NCBI GenBank assembly: GCA_903916665.1
Contig: CAIWXP010000181.1
Coordinates: 1 to 20,826, forward strand
Reading direction: 5' to 3'
Origin: Candidatus Iainarchaeum sp.
GTDB taxonomy: Archaea; Iainarchaeota; Iainarchaeia; Iainarchaeales; 0-14-0-20-30-16
DNA length: 20,826 bases
The position numbers and the translations under genes are program-made. Below, piece by piece: positions 20,619 through 20,826 of this stretch. The stretch's first letter is position 1. Every line of letters begins with the position of its first letter. Under the pieces are notes generated by a model. The model was not told where the DNA came from, searched no databases, and saw nothing but the letters and a program-made list of their open reading frames with translations.

Positions 20619-20826
20619 ATGTTTGAATTAATTGAAAAAGATTTAAAAAAAATAAATTCTGATTTAACACAAAAAAGTATTGATATATATACTAGAAATA
20701 TTCGAATTGGTTTTCCTGAAGAATTATCTTTACTTGGATTATTTATTCCTTTTTTAGACTGTGGAACAAAAGAAGAAAAACAACAGACAAGAGAATTAAT
20801 TAAGAAATATTTGGAAAATCCTTTAG
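20619..20826 (+). CDS. 5' part of a hypothetical protein gene that runs off the window edge (69 codons seen)
   Basis: The frame is open from ATG 20619 to the window end (MFELIEKDLKKINSDLTQKSIDIYTRNIRIGFPEELSLLGLFIPFLDCGTKEEKQQTRELIKKYLENPL). It is not in the supplied track. No family recognised. Confidence 0.4.
   Translation, partial: MFELIEKDLKKINSDLTQKSIDIYTRNIRIGFPEELSLLGLFIPFLDCGTKEEKQQTRELIKKYLENPL

Noticed and set aside
1-20826. CRISPR arrays, transposases/IS elements, prophage genes, rRNA
   Set aside because: I found no regularly spaced direct repeats, no DDE, serine or tyrosine recombinase motifs, and no rRNA-like conserved stretches on either strand. This was a by-eye scan only, so short or degenerate repeats could have been missed.

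Overview
Strongly AT-rich, gene-dense window. No tools were run: all domain calls come from motif recognition by eye, and all coordinates come from manual codon counting.

The housekeeping content and expression signals look archaeal:
- an Alba chromatin protein;
- a PAC2-family proteasome-assembly-chaperone homologue;
- a tRNA-Gln(UUG) without encoded CCA;
- TATA boxes centred 25-27 nt upstream of several start codons, which implies leaderless mRNAs;
- GGAGG/GGTGA Shine-Dalgarno sites on the remaining genes.

The overall style (tiny intergenic gaps, no metabolic genes, huge surface proteins) resembles small-genome DPANN-type archaea. That placement is inference.

About 63% of the window is two giant minus-strand genes.
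- **3787..8127** encodes a 1,446-aa Cys-rich protein with a signal peptide and a C-terminal membrane anchor. I recognise no domain in it. It sits in an apparent operon between two small polytopic membrane proteins.
- **9845..18637** encodes a 2,930-aa N-terminally anchored protein. It has a stalk of carboxypeptidase-regulatory/PEGA-like beta-sandwich repeats, an internal Gly/Ala-rich hydrophobic hairpin and an Ala-rich helical region. At its distal C-terminus it carries a GH73-type glucosaminidase plus an Amidase_2 N-acetylmuramoyl-L-alanine amidase.

A peptidoglycan-lysis pair on the tip of an archaeal surface protein, with its accessory membrane proteins, is the most interesting candidate system here. 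It could be a contact-dependent apparatus for breaching bacterial cell walls.

Other features:
- a wHTH regulator;
- a two-HKD cardiolipin synthase;
- a disordered K/E/N-rich protein;
- a membrane-anchored coiled-coil protein;
- a partial ORF at the 3' edge.

I saw no CRISPR array, transposase, integrase or rRNA.
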